From positions 800,685 through 864,684 of the forward strand of contig CAVYSC010000002.1 of NCBI GenBank assembly GCA_963771135.1: a stretch of DNA of 64,000 bases, written 5' to 3'. Of this stretch, positions 17,948 to 27,318 are shown piece by piece. This DNA is from an uncultured Acidobacteriaceae bacterium. Its GTDB lineage: Bacteria; Acidobacteriota; Terriglobia; Terriglobales; Acidobacteriaceae. The notes beneath the pieces are model-generated. The model ran no database searches and was not told the DNA's origin. It saw only the letters and a program-made list of their open reading frames with translations. Each line of letters starts with the position of its first letter. Within the stretch, counting starts at the first letter, position 1. The position numbers and the translations under genes were made by a program.

Positions 17948-19759
17948 GTGCGCGTCGACTGCTACCCCATCTCGCTGCTGCCCCGGCTCTCGCGGCTCTT
18001 TCTCGACTACACCGCGAGCCACGAGCCCATCGCGCCCTTCTACGCCGCCACTCCCTTCTCCTGGAAGCCCTCCGCGCACAATCCCACTCATCGCGCCGCC
18101 CTCGCCGATCTTCTCCGCGACCAAAACCTCTCGTACGGCGCCGGCGAAAAGACCCTCGCCAACATCGAGAAGCTCCGCAACGGTGCCAGTGCGATCGTCA
18201 CCGGCCAGCAGGTCGCGCTCTTTGGCGGACCCCTCTTCACGCTCTTCAAGGCCGCGACCGCCATCCATCGCGCCCAAAAAATCGATACGGATACCGGGGC
18301 CCCCGGCGAGCTTGCTCGCCGGGGTGGTGGCGCCGTCCCCATCTTCTGGCTCGCCTCGGAAGATCACGACCTCGCCGAAGTCGATCACGTCACGCTGCCC
18401 GCGCGCCACGCCCTGCACACGCTGCGCCTGCATTCTGAAGAACCACATTCCGGCCGCCCCGTCGGCTCCATCCCGCTCGGCCCGCAAATCACCCAGCTTC
18501 TCGACCGCGCCGCGGAGCTCATCGGCGGCACGCCCGAATTCGATCTCCTCGCCGCCGCGTACACGCCCCAGGCCACCTACGCCTCCGCCTTCGCGCGCTG
18601 GCTTTCCGCCGTCTTCGCCGATCACGGCCTCATCGTCCTCGACGCGTCCTCGCGCGCCTTCCACGCACTCGGCGCGCCCGTCCTGCGCCATGCCCTCGAG
18701 CACGCCGCCGACCTCGAAGCCGCCCTGCACCAGCGCGACCGCCTCCTTGCCGAGCGCGGCTACCACTCGCAGGTCCTCGTCGCGCCGGGCAGCAGCCTGC
18801 TCTTCCTCATCGACGAAGCCACCGGCGCGCGCCAACCCCTTCGCCACAAAAACGGCTCGTGGATCGCCACTCACATGGGTGCCCCACCCTTGTCCGCAGG
18901 ACAGGGTGGGATAGAGAAAACTTCGGGTGCCCCACCCTTGTCCGCAGGACAGGGTGGGATAGAGAAAATCTCGGGTGCCCCACCCTTGTCCGCAGGACAG
19001 GGTGGGCCAGAGAAAACCTCGGGTGCCCCACCCTTGTCCGCAGGACAGGGTGGGCCAGAGAAAACCTCCTACTCCACCTCAGATCTCCTCGCCATCCTCG
19101 ACGCCGCCCCCGAGCGCCTCAGCCCCAACGCCCTCCTGCGCCCCGTCTTTCAGGATTACCTGCTGCCCACCGCGGCCTACATCGCCGGCCCCGCGGAGAT
19201 CGCCTACTTCGCGCAGTCGCAGGTGCTCTATCAAGCGATCCTCGGCCGCAGCACGCCCATTCTGCCGCGCCTCAGCGCCACGCTCATTGAGCCGTCCATC
19301 GGCAAAGTCCTCGCCCAGCACGATCTCTCGCTCGCCGACATCCTCTCCGCGCATCCCGACGAGCTGGCCCACCGTCTCGGCGCGCGCGCCCTGCCCGTCG
19401 AAGGCAAGCTACAGCTCGCCGCCACCGGCAACGCGCTCGACGCGGAACTCCAGCAGCTCATCTCCTGGATGGAATCGCTCTCGCCCTCGCTCGGCCGCTC
19501 CGCTCAGGTCTCGGCCTCGAAAATGCGCTATCAGATGAACCGTCTCCGCCGCCTGGCCGCCAACTACCAGCTCCAGCGCGAAGGCAGCATCCGCCGCCAC
19601 GTCGACACGCTCTTCTTCAATCTCTTCCCTGACCGTCACCCGCAGGAGCGCAGCATCGGCGGCGTCGCGTATCTCTCCCGCACCGGATCCCCGCTGCTCT
19701 CGACGCTGATCGACCAATCCGCCGACGACTGCCCCGGCCACAAAGCCATCTGGCTGTGA
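17948..19759 (+). CDS. bshC: bacillithiol biosynthesis cysteine-adding enzyme BshC, carrying a 64-aa repeat insertion
   Basis: VTGQQVALFGGPLFTLFKAATAI, PERLSPNALLRPVFQDYLLPTAAYIAGPAEIAYF. About 600 aa versus my recollection of about 540 aa for BshC; the excess equals the repeat block. Confidence 0.8.
   Translation: MRVDCYPISLLPRLSRLFLDYTASHEPIAPFYAATPFSWKPSAHNPTHRAALADLLRDQNLSYGAGEKTLANIEKLRNGASAIVTGQQVALFGGPLFTLFKAATAIHRAQKIDTDTGAPGELARRGGGAVPIFWLASEDHDLAEVDHVTLPARHALHTLRLHSEEPHSGRPVGSIPLGPQITQLLDRAAELIGGTPEFDLLAAAYTPQATYASAFARWLSAVFADHGLIVLDASSRAFHALGAPVLRHALEHAADLEAALHQRDRLLAERGYHSQVLVAPGSSLLFLIDEATGARQPLRHKNGSWIATHMGAPPLSAGQGGIEKTSGAPPLSAGQGGIEKISGAPPLSAGQGGPEKTSGAPPLSAGQGGPEKTSYSTSDLLAILDAAPERLSPNALLRPVFQDYLLPTAAYIAGPAEIAYFAQSQVLYQAILGRSTPILPRLSATLIEPSIGKVLAQHDLSLADILSAHPDELAHRLGARALPVEGKLQLAATGNALDAELQQLISWMESLSPSLGRSAQVSASKMRYQMNRLRRLAANYQLQREGSIRRHVDTLFFNLFPDRHPQERSIGGVAYLSRTGSPLLSTLIDQSADDCPGHKAIWL
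18878..19069 (+). repeat. 4 x 48-bp perfect-phase tandem of a REP-like hairpin, in frame inside bshC
   Basis: ggtgccccacccttgtccgcaggacagggtggg[at/cc]agagaaaa[ct]ctc[gc] x4, translated as GAPPLSAGQGG(I/P)EK(T/I)S x4. The same hairpin occurs intergenically at 27617 and 27904. Confidence 0.9.
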
Positions 19760-19900
19760 CCACACAGCAGTACGTTTGCACTGATTAGAGGAAAAAGTGG
19801 AGTACAATTTGCACAACCACCAATGGAGCGTGAGCTTCTTGGATGGGAAATTCAATTCTCTTGCGGGGCAAAGGCCTCCAAGCAGACGAAAGGAAAACAC

Positions 19901-21078
19901 ATGGTACTCACCATCCCTATCGCCCAGGAGCAAATCCGCTCCTTCCAAGACCCCAACCGACCCTCAATCCGCATCCTCCACGCACTGGTTCGCGTGCTGG
20001 ATTGGCCAGACAACGTCCCGCTTGACCCCGACCCGCGCGTCCCGAAGGAAAAGGGGCCGGTAGTCAAAAGGATCTCTGCGTCGCTTGGCAGGGGCGACGG
20101 CCGCTTCCACCTGCTAAACAGGGGGATCACCCTCTCCGTCAAGAAAGCTGAGTTTGACAACCAAGTCGGAAAACTGCGCCTCCACCTTCCAGATGACGAA
20201 ACCTATGGGATTATCGACGGAGGCCACACGGACTTCGCGATTAAGAGTACAGTGAAATCGCATCGCGACGCCGGCAATGAACAGTTTCTCGGCAATCAGT
20301 ATGTTCACGTTGAGATCCTTTCAAGGATCGAGAATGATCTCGCCGACATCGCCGAGGCGAGGAATTACAGCGCGCAATTGAAACCCTGGACACTCGCCGC
20401 CTACCGCGATGATTTCAAGTGGTTCCTCGATGCGCTAGGGGAGGATTACTGCCGCTCTATCAAAGTGAGCGAGAACGATCCACAGCCCGTCGGAATCCTT
20501 GACCTAATCCAAGTCATGTGTGCGATAAATCCAGCTCTATACGAACCGACAAGCACATCCATCAACGAGACATACAAAAACGCGGGCAAGTGCCTTCAAA
20601 ACTTCGTGCAGAAAGACGATCCGTACAAGTTCAGGGCCTTGAGGCCGCTTTGCAGGGACATAGTTCGTCTGTACGACTACATCCGCCTCAACTGGAAGAC
20701 CGCCTATAATGCGGAAGACGAAACTGGACGGAGAGGGCGGATCGGTGCCGGGTGGAAATGCAAAAGCGACAACGCAACAGGTCTGCGCTGGCGACCTATC
20801 ATTTCCTCGAAGACAGGCCGGTCCAAGGAGAGCTGCCAATAGAAAAGGGCTTCGCCATCCCCATGATCTCGAGCTTTCGAGCCCTCATCGTGAAAGACCG
20901 CAAGGGTAAATTGAGTTGGTACACTGACCCGTTCGCGTATTTCGATGAGCACGGCTCACACCTGGTGCGCCTGATCATGACTGCAAGCGACCAGTCCGGC
21001 GGCGATCCTCACCAAGTTGGCCGCGATCCCCAGGTCTATACCTCCCTCTATTCGGAGGTGCGTCGCTGGTGTCCTTGA
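19901..21078 (+). CDS. AIPR-like (abortive-infection phage-resistance family) protein, with one apparent frameshift near 20750-20800
   Basis: HLLNRGITLSVKKAEF...YGIIDGGHTDFAI...YVHVEILSRIENDLADIAEARNYSAQL resembles the AIPR core (assignment from memory). ORF 19823..20842 continues in ORF 20752..21078. Visibly lower G+C. SD-like aggaaaa before ATG 19901. Confidence 0.55.
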
Positions 21079-21183
21079 TGGAAATTAGAGAGCGAACTTC
21101 TCAGAGGAATAACCGCGCGGGCCCCGCCTGAGCGGCGGGGCTACGTCTCCCGATGGGCATGGGTCCCAGAGTCGGCCGATGCC

Positions 21184-21222
21184 GGGTGCCCCACATACGC
21201 CCATGTGTTCGCAGATGTGGGA
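21184..21222. repeat. GGGTGCCCCAC-type REP hairpin (degenerate)
   Basis: gggtgccccacatacgcccatgtgttcgcagatgtgggatc. Confidence 0.5.
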
Positions 21223-21265
21223 TCGCGTCAAGTCCATTACGCCGCCGCGCCACTTTTCTTGAACG

Positions 21266-21349
21266 CTGATCACTGCACGGCGAACACTACCCCTAGCCCG
21301 TAACCCCTAACCCCTATCCCCTGCCCCCTACACCCTACCCCCTGCCCTG
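21266..21349. repeat. heptanucleotide tandem array (12 units, C-rich variant)
   Basis: ctgatca ctgcacg gcgaaca ctacccc tagcccg taacccc taacccc tatcccc tgccccc tacaccc taccccc tgccctg. Confidence 0.8.
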
Positions 21350-21382
21350 CGCTACACTCACCCTCGTACGCGGATTCGCACC

Positions 21383-21694
21383 ATGGCCGCCAAATCCCAT
21401 TCCACCATCGACGTAGCCTGCCCCGACTGCGGGGCCCTCCTCAAGATCGATCCCGAAACCCGCGCCGTCATCGCCCACACCCCCGCGCCCCGCAAGCGCA
21501 CCTTCGAGGATTTCGACCAGGCCACCCGCGCCATGAAGGAAGCCGAAGAGCGCAAGGAGAGCCTCTTCCGCCAGTCCATGGAAGCCGAGAAGAATCGCGA
21601 AGATGTCTTCAACAAGCGCTTTGAAGAGGCCATGAAAAAGGCCAAGGAAACCCCCGACACCGGCAAGCCGCTCCGCGAATTCGATCTCGACTGA
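21383..21694 (+). CDS. hypothetical protein with N-terminal CxxC zinc-ribbon-like motif and charged helical tail
   Basis: MAAKSHSTIDVACPDCGALLKIDPETRAVIAH..., Lys/Glu-rich C-terminus. Coding-like codon usage. Confidence 0.55.
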   Translation: MAAKSHSTIDVACPDCGALLKIDPETRAVIAHTPAPRKRTFEDFDQATRAMKEAEERKESLFRQSMEAEKNREDVFNKRFEEAMKKAKETPDTGKPLREFDLD

Positions 21695-21735
21695 TCTCCG
21701 CGGCATCTAACTTTCCTGGGAGCGTCGAACACTTC

Positions 21736-22059
21736 ATGGATTCCGAGACCAACCTCATGCCCTTCCCGCAACGCAGTGAAGAAGACAGCCTCACCTGGCA
21801 CCGCGGCGTGGCCGCCGGCTCGCTCGTCGCCGGCGCGCTCCTGCTCGTCACCGGATACCGCCGCGCCGGTCTCGCCGTCGCCGCCGCCGGAGCCACCGTC
21901 GCTCTCCTTGAAAACCCCGAAGCCGTGCGCAATTTCTGGAATTCCATTCCCGACCTGGTCCACACCAGCCAGGATTTCCTCTCCCGCGCCGAAAGCCTCA
22001 TCGACGACATCAATCGCCAGCGCGCCCGCATCCGCAACATGCTCTCTCGCGAAGCCTGA
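21736..22059 (+). CDS. hypothetical small membrane protein
   Basis: Two hydrophobic helices (AAGSLVAGALLLVTGY, GLAVAAAGATVALL) followed by an amphipathic tail. Confidence 0.5.
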   Translation: MDSETNLMPFPQRSEEDSLTWHRGVAAGSLVAGALLLVTGYRRAGLAVAAAGATVALLENPEAVRNFWNSIPDLVHTSQDFLSRAESLIDDINRQRARIRNMLSREA

Positions 22060-22137
22060 CGCTCACAGATCCGCGCTCTCACCATCGCTCCGCTCATCCG
22101 TCCAATAACGTTGCGCCCCCGCGGCCTCGCGCCGTCC

Positions 22138-22172
22138 CTGATCCCTGATCCCTTCAATCCCTATCCCCTCGC
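22138..22172. repeat. heptanucleotide tandem array (5 units)
   Basis: ctgatcc ctgatcc cttcaat ccctatc ccctcgc. Confidence 0.6.
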
Positions 22173-22190
22173 CGTTACACTAAAACCAGC

Positions 22191-24689
22191 ATGAAGCGCA
22201 CCATCACGCACTACGAGCTGGAGCGCAAGCTCGGCGCCGGCGGCAGCGGCGTCGTCTGGCTCGCCAACGACACCCAGCTCATGCGCCCCGTCGTCATGAA
22301 AGTCCTCCGCCGCGGCGCGCTCACGCCCGAGCAGATGCGCACCACCGTCCTCCGCGAAGCCCGTCTCGCCTCCGCCATCGAGCACCCCAACGTCTGCGCC
22401 ATCTACGAGGTCGGCGAAGAGGGCAACGAAGCCTTCATCGTCATGCAATACGTCCCCGGCCAGTCGCTGGATAAGCTCATCGCCCGCGGTCCCGCCACGC
22501 TTCCGCTCCTGCTCTCCGTCGGCATCCAGATCGCCGACGGCCTGCACGCCGCGCACGTGCTCGGCATCTTCCATCGCGACCTCAAGCCCGCCAACGTCAT
22601 GCTCACCGACGGCGGCCTCGCCAAGATCCTCGACTTTGGCCTCGCCCGCCGTCTCCCGCCCGAAAAAATGGACTTCGATCCCGCCACCGCCGGCCGTCGC
22701 AAGCCAGGCGCGCCCATCGCCACCTACACCGCGCGCGGCGGCACCGTCGCCTACATGGCTCCCGAGCAGTTCGTTACCGGACAAAGCTCCGTCCAGTCCG
22801 ACCTCTGGGCCCTCGGCGTCATCCTCTACGAGCTCGCCAGCGGCCGCCATCCCTTCGTCCGCCCCGACCTCGAAGAATTCCAGGCCATCCGCGCCATCCA
22901 GTACCAGGAAGTCGCGCCGCTCGACGCCATCCCGCCCGAGCTCAGCTCCGTCATCCTCACCCTGCTCAAGAAAAATCCCGCCGACCGCTACGCCTCCGCC
23001 GCTGAAGTCCGCGAGGCCCTCAAGACCATCATGAAGACGCTGCAGATCGAGACCGGCACCATCCCCGGCGATGCCGCCGCTGTCCTGCCGCCTTCCACGC
23101 CCGCCGAAGAAGAGAAGCGCGCCACCGGCCTGCTCTCCATGCTGGCCGAGCGCTTCCGCGAGTCCGCCCCCGAGCGCGTCCGCGAGAACTCCATCCTCGT
23201 CCTCCCCTTCCGCAATCTCGGCGCCGCCGACGTCGCCCCGCTCTACGGATTCGCCCTCGCCGACGCCATCGCCACCCGCATCGCCCGCATGTCTTCGCTC
23301 GTCGTCCGCCCCTCCAGCGCGCTCATGAACGTCCCCGTCGCCCACATGGACCCCCTCGCCGTCGGCCAAAAGCTCCTCGTCGACTGGGTCCTCACCGGCA
23401 GCTTCGCCCGCTCCGCCGACGGATTCGACCTCAGCTGGCAGCTCCTCGACGTCGACCATCAAAGCGTCCGCGGCGGCGGCTCCATCAGCGTGCCGTCCTT
23501 CGATCTCATCGCTGTCCAAACCGAGATCTGCAACGAAGTCTTCGCGTCACTCGAAGGCACCGGTGCCCTGAGAACGTTCGCTGGACGCGAAGCCCCAGCC
23601 GAGCGCGCAGCCCCTCCTCGCACCGCTTCCATCGGCGAAGAAGTCAGCGAAGAATACCTCCAGGCTCGCGCCTCGCTCTCCGGATTCATGCAGCGCACCG
23701 GCAACCGCGCCGACCTCGACCGCGCCCGCGACACCTTCGAAGCCGTCACCCAGCGCGATCCCTCCTTCGCCGCCGCCTTCAGCGGCCTCGGCATCGCCGA
23801 GCTCCAGTACATCCGTTACGGATTCGGCGGCCACATGCACGTCATGGCCGCGCGCCGCGCTCTTGACCGCGCTCTCGAGCTCGATCCCGGCTCCGTCGAG
23901 ACCAACCTCTACCGCATCTACATGCTCCTCTCCCGCGGCGAAAAGGAGTCGGCCCGCCACGGCATCGAGCACCTCCTCCGCACCGCCGCCAACGACTGGA
24001 ACGTTCATCTGGTCGCCGGCCTCACCCTCCGCCTCGACGGCATGTACGACGAGGCCATGGCCCAGTTCCATCGCTCGCTCACGCTCAACCCCTCCAACGC
24101 CGCCGCCATCTACAACCATCGCGCCCGCGTCTACCAGTATCAAAACCAGCTCGAGCTGGCCGAGGAGGAGCTGCAGAAGGGCCTCACCCTCGAGCCGCGC
24201 TACCCGCTCCTGCGCACCTCGCTCGCCTACCAGCGCATGCGCCAGGGAGACCTCGCGCAGGCCATCGACGTCCTCGAAACCGTCATCCGCGACGACGCCT
24301 CCATGCGCATCGCCGTCCCCACGCTGGCCATGTGCTACGTGCAGCAGGGCGACCGCGCCCGCGCCGCCTCGCTCATCACTGAGGAGTCCATGGCCGCCGC
24401 CGAAGCCGACAGCGAGATGGCCTATCGCCTCGCCACCTACTTCGCCGTCGATGGAGACGAAGCCGAAGCCCTCCACTGGCTGCGCCGCGCCATCTATCTG
24501 GGGAACGAGAACTATCCCTGGTTCAGCCGCAACCCGGCCTGGAACCGCCTCCGCACCCACGCCGACTTCGAGCGCATCCTGGAGGACCTGAAGAAGTCCT
24601 TCCGCCGCAACCAGCGCACCTGGAAACGCCTGCTGGCGGAGTCAGAAGCGTGCATGGCGGCGCGACACTCGGTGGAATCGAAGAAGTAA
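22191..24689 (+). CDS. Ser/Thr protein kinase with C-terminal TPR-repeat region
   Basis: GAGGSGVVWLA, HRDLKPANVML, DFGLA, APEQ (Hanks motifs). TPR-like repeats in the C-terminal about 350 aa. Confidence 0.9.
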   Translation: MKRTITHYELERKLGAGGSGVVWLANDTQLMRPVVMKVLRRGALTPEQMRTTVLREARLASAIEHPNVCAIYEVGEEGNEAFIVMQYVPGQSLDKLIARGPATLPLLLSVGIQIADGLHAAHVLGIFHRDLKPANVMLTDGGLAKILDFGLARRLPPEKMDFDPATAGRRKPGAPIATYTARGGTVAYMAPEQFVTGQSSVQSDLWALGVILYELASGRHPFVRPDLEEFQAIRAIQYQEVAPLDAIPPELSSVILTLLKKNPADRYASAAEVREALKTIMKTLQIETGTIPGDAAAVLPPSTPAEEEKRATGLLSMLAERFRESAPERVRENSILVLPFRNLGAADVAPLYGFALADAIATRIARMSSLVVRPSSALMNVPVAHMDPLAVGQKLLVDWVLTGSFARSADGFDLSWQLLDVDHQSVRGGGSISVPSFDLIAVQTEICNEVFASLEGTGALRTFAGREAPAERAAPPRTASIGEEVSEEYLQARASLSGFMQRTGNRADLDRARDTFEAVTQRDPSFAAAFSGLGIAELQYIRYGFGGHMHVMAARRALDRALELDPGSVETNLYRIYMLLSRGEKESARHGIEHLLRTAANDWNVHLVAGLTLRLDGMYDEAMAQFHRSLTLNPSNAAAIYNHRARVYQYQNQLELAEEELQKGLTLEPRYPLLRTSLAYQRMRQGDLAQAIDVLETVIRDDASMRIAVPTLAMCYVQQGDRARAASLITEESMAAAEADSEMAYRLATYFAVDGDEAEALHWLRRAIYLGNENYPWFSRNPAWNRLRTHADFERILEDLKKSFRRNQRTWKRLLAESEACMAARHSVESKK

Positions 24690-24805
24690 CGGTGTGGAAA
24701 AACCGGTACCAATTAAGGACAGAGCCTGAATCGGAACACCCGCCATGACGATGTCAATTATGTACCCGGATTTCAACTTCCATTTCGTTCAGAGCACCCT
24801 TAGAT

Positions 24806-25484
24806 TTGAGTCAGGCCAAGGGCAAGCGCCACGAGCAGACCCGAGCTGTCAGATGCAGGCCAGGATCTACTCCGGGCGGTCGGAGGGCGCAAGTTCCGGA
24901 CGATTATCGCCGATCCGCCTTGGCAGTCGAGAGCAGGATCGGGAAAATCACCCGCCGAGCGCGAGCGGCTCTCGCGAAACGGCTCCATGGCGGTGAAGAC
25001 ATATTCGCATAGCCGGTACCGCTCGTCGCGTCCGAGACAGCCCACCTGTCCAGTGGGTCCCAATGCTTTGCTGCCTGAAGGACTCACGGTGATGGATGCT
25101 TGGGGCTTCAAGTTCAGGAGGAACCTGGTGTCGGCACAAAGTGAGGATGGACGGCGGCTCAGACGGTCTCGGCGTCGGACTCTATTTTGTAACGGCAGCG
25201 AACTGATTCTCTTCGGAACCCGCGGAAAAAACGCGAGAACGCTCCAATCAGGCCGTTCCCAGGTGAAGCTCGCCTCGAGGCGCAACGACTCCTCGAAAGC
25301 CCGACGAACAATACCCGATCATCGAGGCGTGCAGCCCGGCCCATACTTGGAGCTGTTCGCGCGCGGCGATCGAAAAGGCTGGTTCGGGTGGGGCGATCAA
25401 GCCGACGATTCGTACGAGCCGAGCTGGAAAACGTACGCAAACCACTCCCAGAGCGCACAGGCCGACCTAGGATTTGGCGACTAA
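24806..25484 (+). pseudogene. MT-A70-family DNA N6-adenine methyltransferase, decayed (about 6 frameshifts plus one in-frame TAG)
   Basis: Fragments in three frames: FRTIIADPPWQ, GKSPAERERLSR, EDIFA*PVPLVASETAHL, VPNALLPEGLTVMDAWGFKF, WCRHKVRMDGGSDGLGVGLYF, ELILFGTRGKNARTL, RKPDEQYPIIEACSP, GPYLELFARGDRKGW. The TAG at 25010-25012 sits where the family has Leu (ALPV). Confidence 0.75.
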
Positions 25485-25609
25485 CCCTCTCAGGGCTCAA
25501 TAATCCGAAACGCGAACATGACCACGACCTCTCGCGCTTAGACTGCCGAGTCGAAATTTGGCGACTTTTGCTGCCTCGAATTACACTTCCACTTGACGAG
25601 GCCACGAGA

Positions 25610-26290
25610 ATGTTATTGCGTCCATTGAGCTTTACGAAAAATCTTGGCGGATTCCAAAATGCTTATGCGGCGATTCGCAAGGGTTACGCACCCGGCATCT
25701 CGGTCCAGCAGTTCAGGCGCCGATGCGGTCTCGGCGACGGGCAATCGCTACTCGTTACCGAGTTTCTCCTCGGAACACAGATCCAAGGAGACGAAGAACG
25801 CATACTGGCCGACACTCTCGTTGTTCAGACTTTGAGTTCGCCCCACAGCCCGCTAATTGCCCGGCTGTACTTCTTCGCGATCAATCTGAATATGCCAGGC
25901 GAGCGAATCAAAGAACTGCATTCACATCCGGCCGACATACAGAACGAACTCGTTCGGCAATATCTCTACGCCGACGATAGCCTTCAGCCTCAGAGTTTTG
26001 ACAAAGATCGCTCCCTGGAGCCAACGGTCAAGGGAATCGGCCAGTTCCACTCTCGCGATGCCCTCCGAAAATGGGTGACTAATTACAGCTATATGTTCGG
26101 CCAGTGCGGTTTTGTGCCCACGCCCGGGAACCGCCTCGAAACCTTCCCCGATGCGTGGGCAGCTCTCGCCCTTCGGCTCTTCTTCGAGAGATATGCTGCG
26201 ACAAACCCAAATCCCGATGCGGTCGAACTGATTGCCGAGGCGAAATCCAGGGAGCTGCACAAGCTGCTAGGAGTCCAAGTGCATGGCTAG
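25610..26290 (+). CDS. hypothetical protein (226 aa), no recognisable family
   Basis: Intact ORF from ATG 25610 (MLLRPLSFTKNLGGFQNAYAAIRKGY...) inside ORF 25388..26290. Lower G+C. Lies between the methylase remnant and the HNH nuclease. Confidence 0.45.
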   Translation: MLLRPLSFTKNLGGFQNAYAAIRKGYAPGISVQQFRRRCGLGDGQSLLVTEFLLGTQIQGDEERILADTLVVQTLSSPHSPLIARLYFFAINLNMPGERIKELHSHPADIQNELVRQYLYADDSLQPQSFDKDRSLEPTVKGIGQFHSRDALRKWVTNYSYMFGQCGFVPTPGNRLETFPDAWAALALRLFFERYAATNPNPDAVELIAEAKSRELHKLLGVQVHG

Positions 26291-26316
26291 ATGAACGAAT
26301 CTCAGGCGCCGCCGAT

Positions 26317-26822
26317 ATGTTTCTGGCGGGCGAGGAGTCCGCATTCCAGGGCTTCGAGGAGACTGACAGGGAACGTCAAGCGGCCGCTCATGGAGATGCA
26401 CCGCCTCCTCCGGCCCGCGGAGAAACACAGCGAAGAGAGACTTCTGTTCGCCAACTCCTCCGCAGAAGCGATAATGTTCGGTTCCTGCATACGGTCTACG
26501 CCGGCGAATGCCAACTCTCGGGAGTAGGCTGGTCATGCCCGACGGCTCGTTCTCAGTTGACTGCGCTCACGTTCGCCCGCTTGGAAGGCCGCATTCCGGC
26601 GAGGATGACGTTTCTAACATGCTCTCGCTATCGCCGACCATGCACCGTCTTTTCGATCGTGGATGTATTCGCATCGATCCAGACACGCTGTCCATCAGAT
26701 TGCTCCACGGCAACCACATTCCTCACCGTGACCGCCTCGTGCTGAAAGGAGGACACCGGATAAAGCGGCAGAATCTCGACTATCACGTCTCGGAAGTGCT
26801 CCGAGAGCCGATTTCCCGATGA
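26317..26822 (+). CDS. HNH endonuclease (PF13391-like), with one apparent frameshift near 26524
   Basis: RFLHTVYAGECQLSGVG (frame of ORF 26104..26745) joins RLVMPDGSFSVDCAHVRPLGRPHSGEDDVSNMLSLSPTMHRLFDRGCIRIDPD (ORF 26508..26822). Confidence 0.65.
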
Positions 26823-26890
26823 TTGCCAGCCTCCCCACCTTGTCGCTTCCGCTGCGACAGGTCATGCGAAGCCACATGTCTCCCGATCTC

Positions 26891-26918
26891 TGATCACTCA
26901 CGACTGATCACTCGCCCC
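26891..26918. repeat. heptanucleotide tandem array (4 units)
   Basis: ctgatca ctcacga ctgatca ctcgccc. Confidence 0.5.
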
Positions 26919-26985
26919 CTCACACCGCCGCCCCAATCGCCGCCACTCGACCCCTCGTCACTTCCTTGCTCAGCCGCTTCCGCCC

Positions 26986-27318
26986 TCACCCCCCGTCGCA
27001 CCCCAGCGAAAACCGCAGCGCCGCACAAATCTCCCGCATCCGCGCGGAGCTGAGCTGCGCCACCCGCTTGCCCAGATCGTCTCGCCGAACCGTGACCGCG
27101 TTGTGCAGATTCACCGCGCAGCGCGCTTTCATGCCGTCCTCTTCGCCCAGCACAACCTCAGAGGGCACGCCGCGGATCGTCGACGTGACGGGAGCAACGG
27201 TGACCGCGGAAAGATACTCGAGAGCGCTCTCCCGCGTCAGCACCACCACCGGCCGTCTTTTGTCCGGCCGCCCGAAGGAGTACAGCCGAACGTCGCCTCG
27301 TCCTATTCTTCCGGCCAC
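26986..27318 (-). CDS. mazF: MazF/PemK-family endoribonuclease toxin
   Basis: GRGDVRLYSFGRPDKRRPVVVLTRESALEYLSAVTVAPVTSTIRGVPSEVVLG...CAVNLHNAVTVRRDDL. The GTG at 27318 overlaps the antitoxin stop. Confidence 0.8.
   Translation of the reverse strand: MAGRIGRGDVRLYSFGRPDKRRPVVVLTRESALEYLSAVTVAPVTSTIRGVPSEVVLGEEDGMKARCAVNLHNAVTVRRDDLGKRVAQLSSARMREICAALRFSLGCDGG

Noticed and set aside
18878-19069. Possible CRISPR array (four identical-length palindromic repeats).
   Set aside because: The 48-bp units are directly adjacent with no spacers and lie in frame inside bshC. No cas genes or leader are present.
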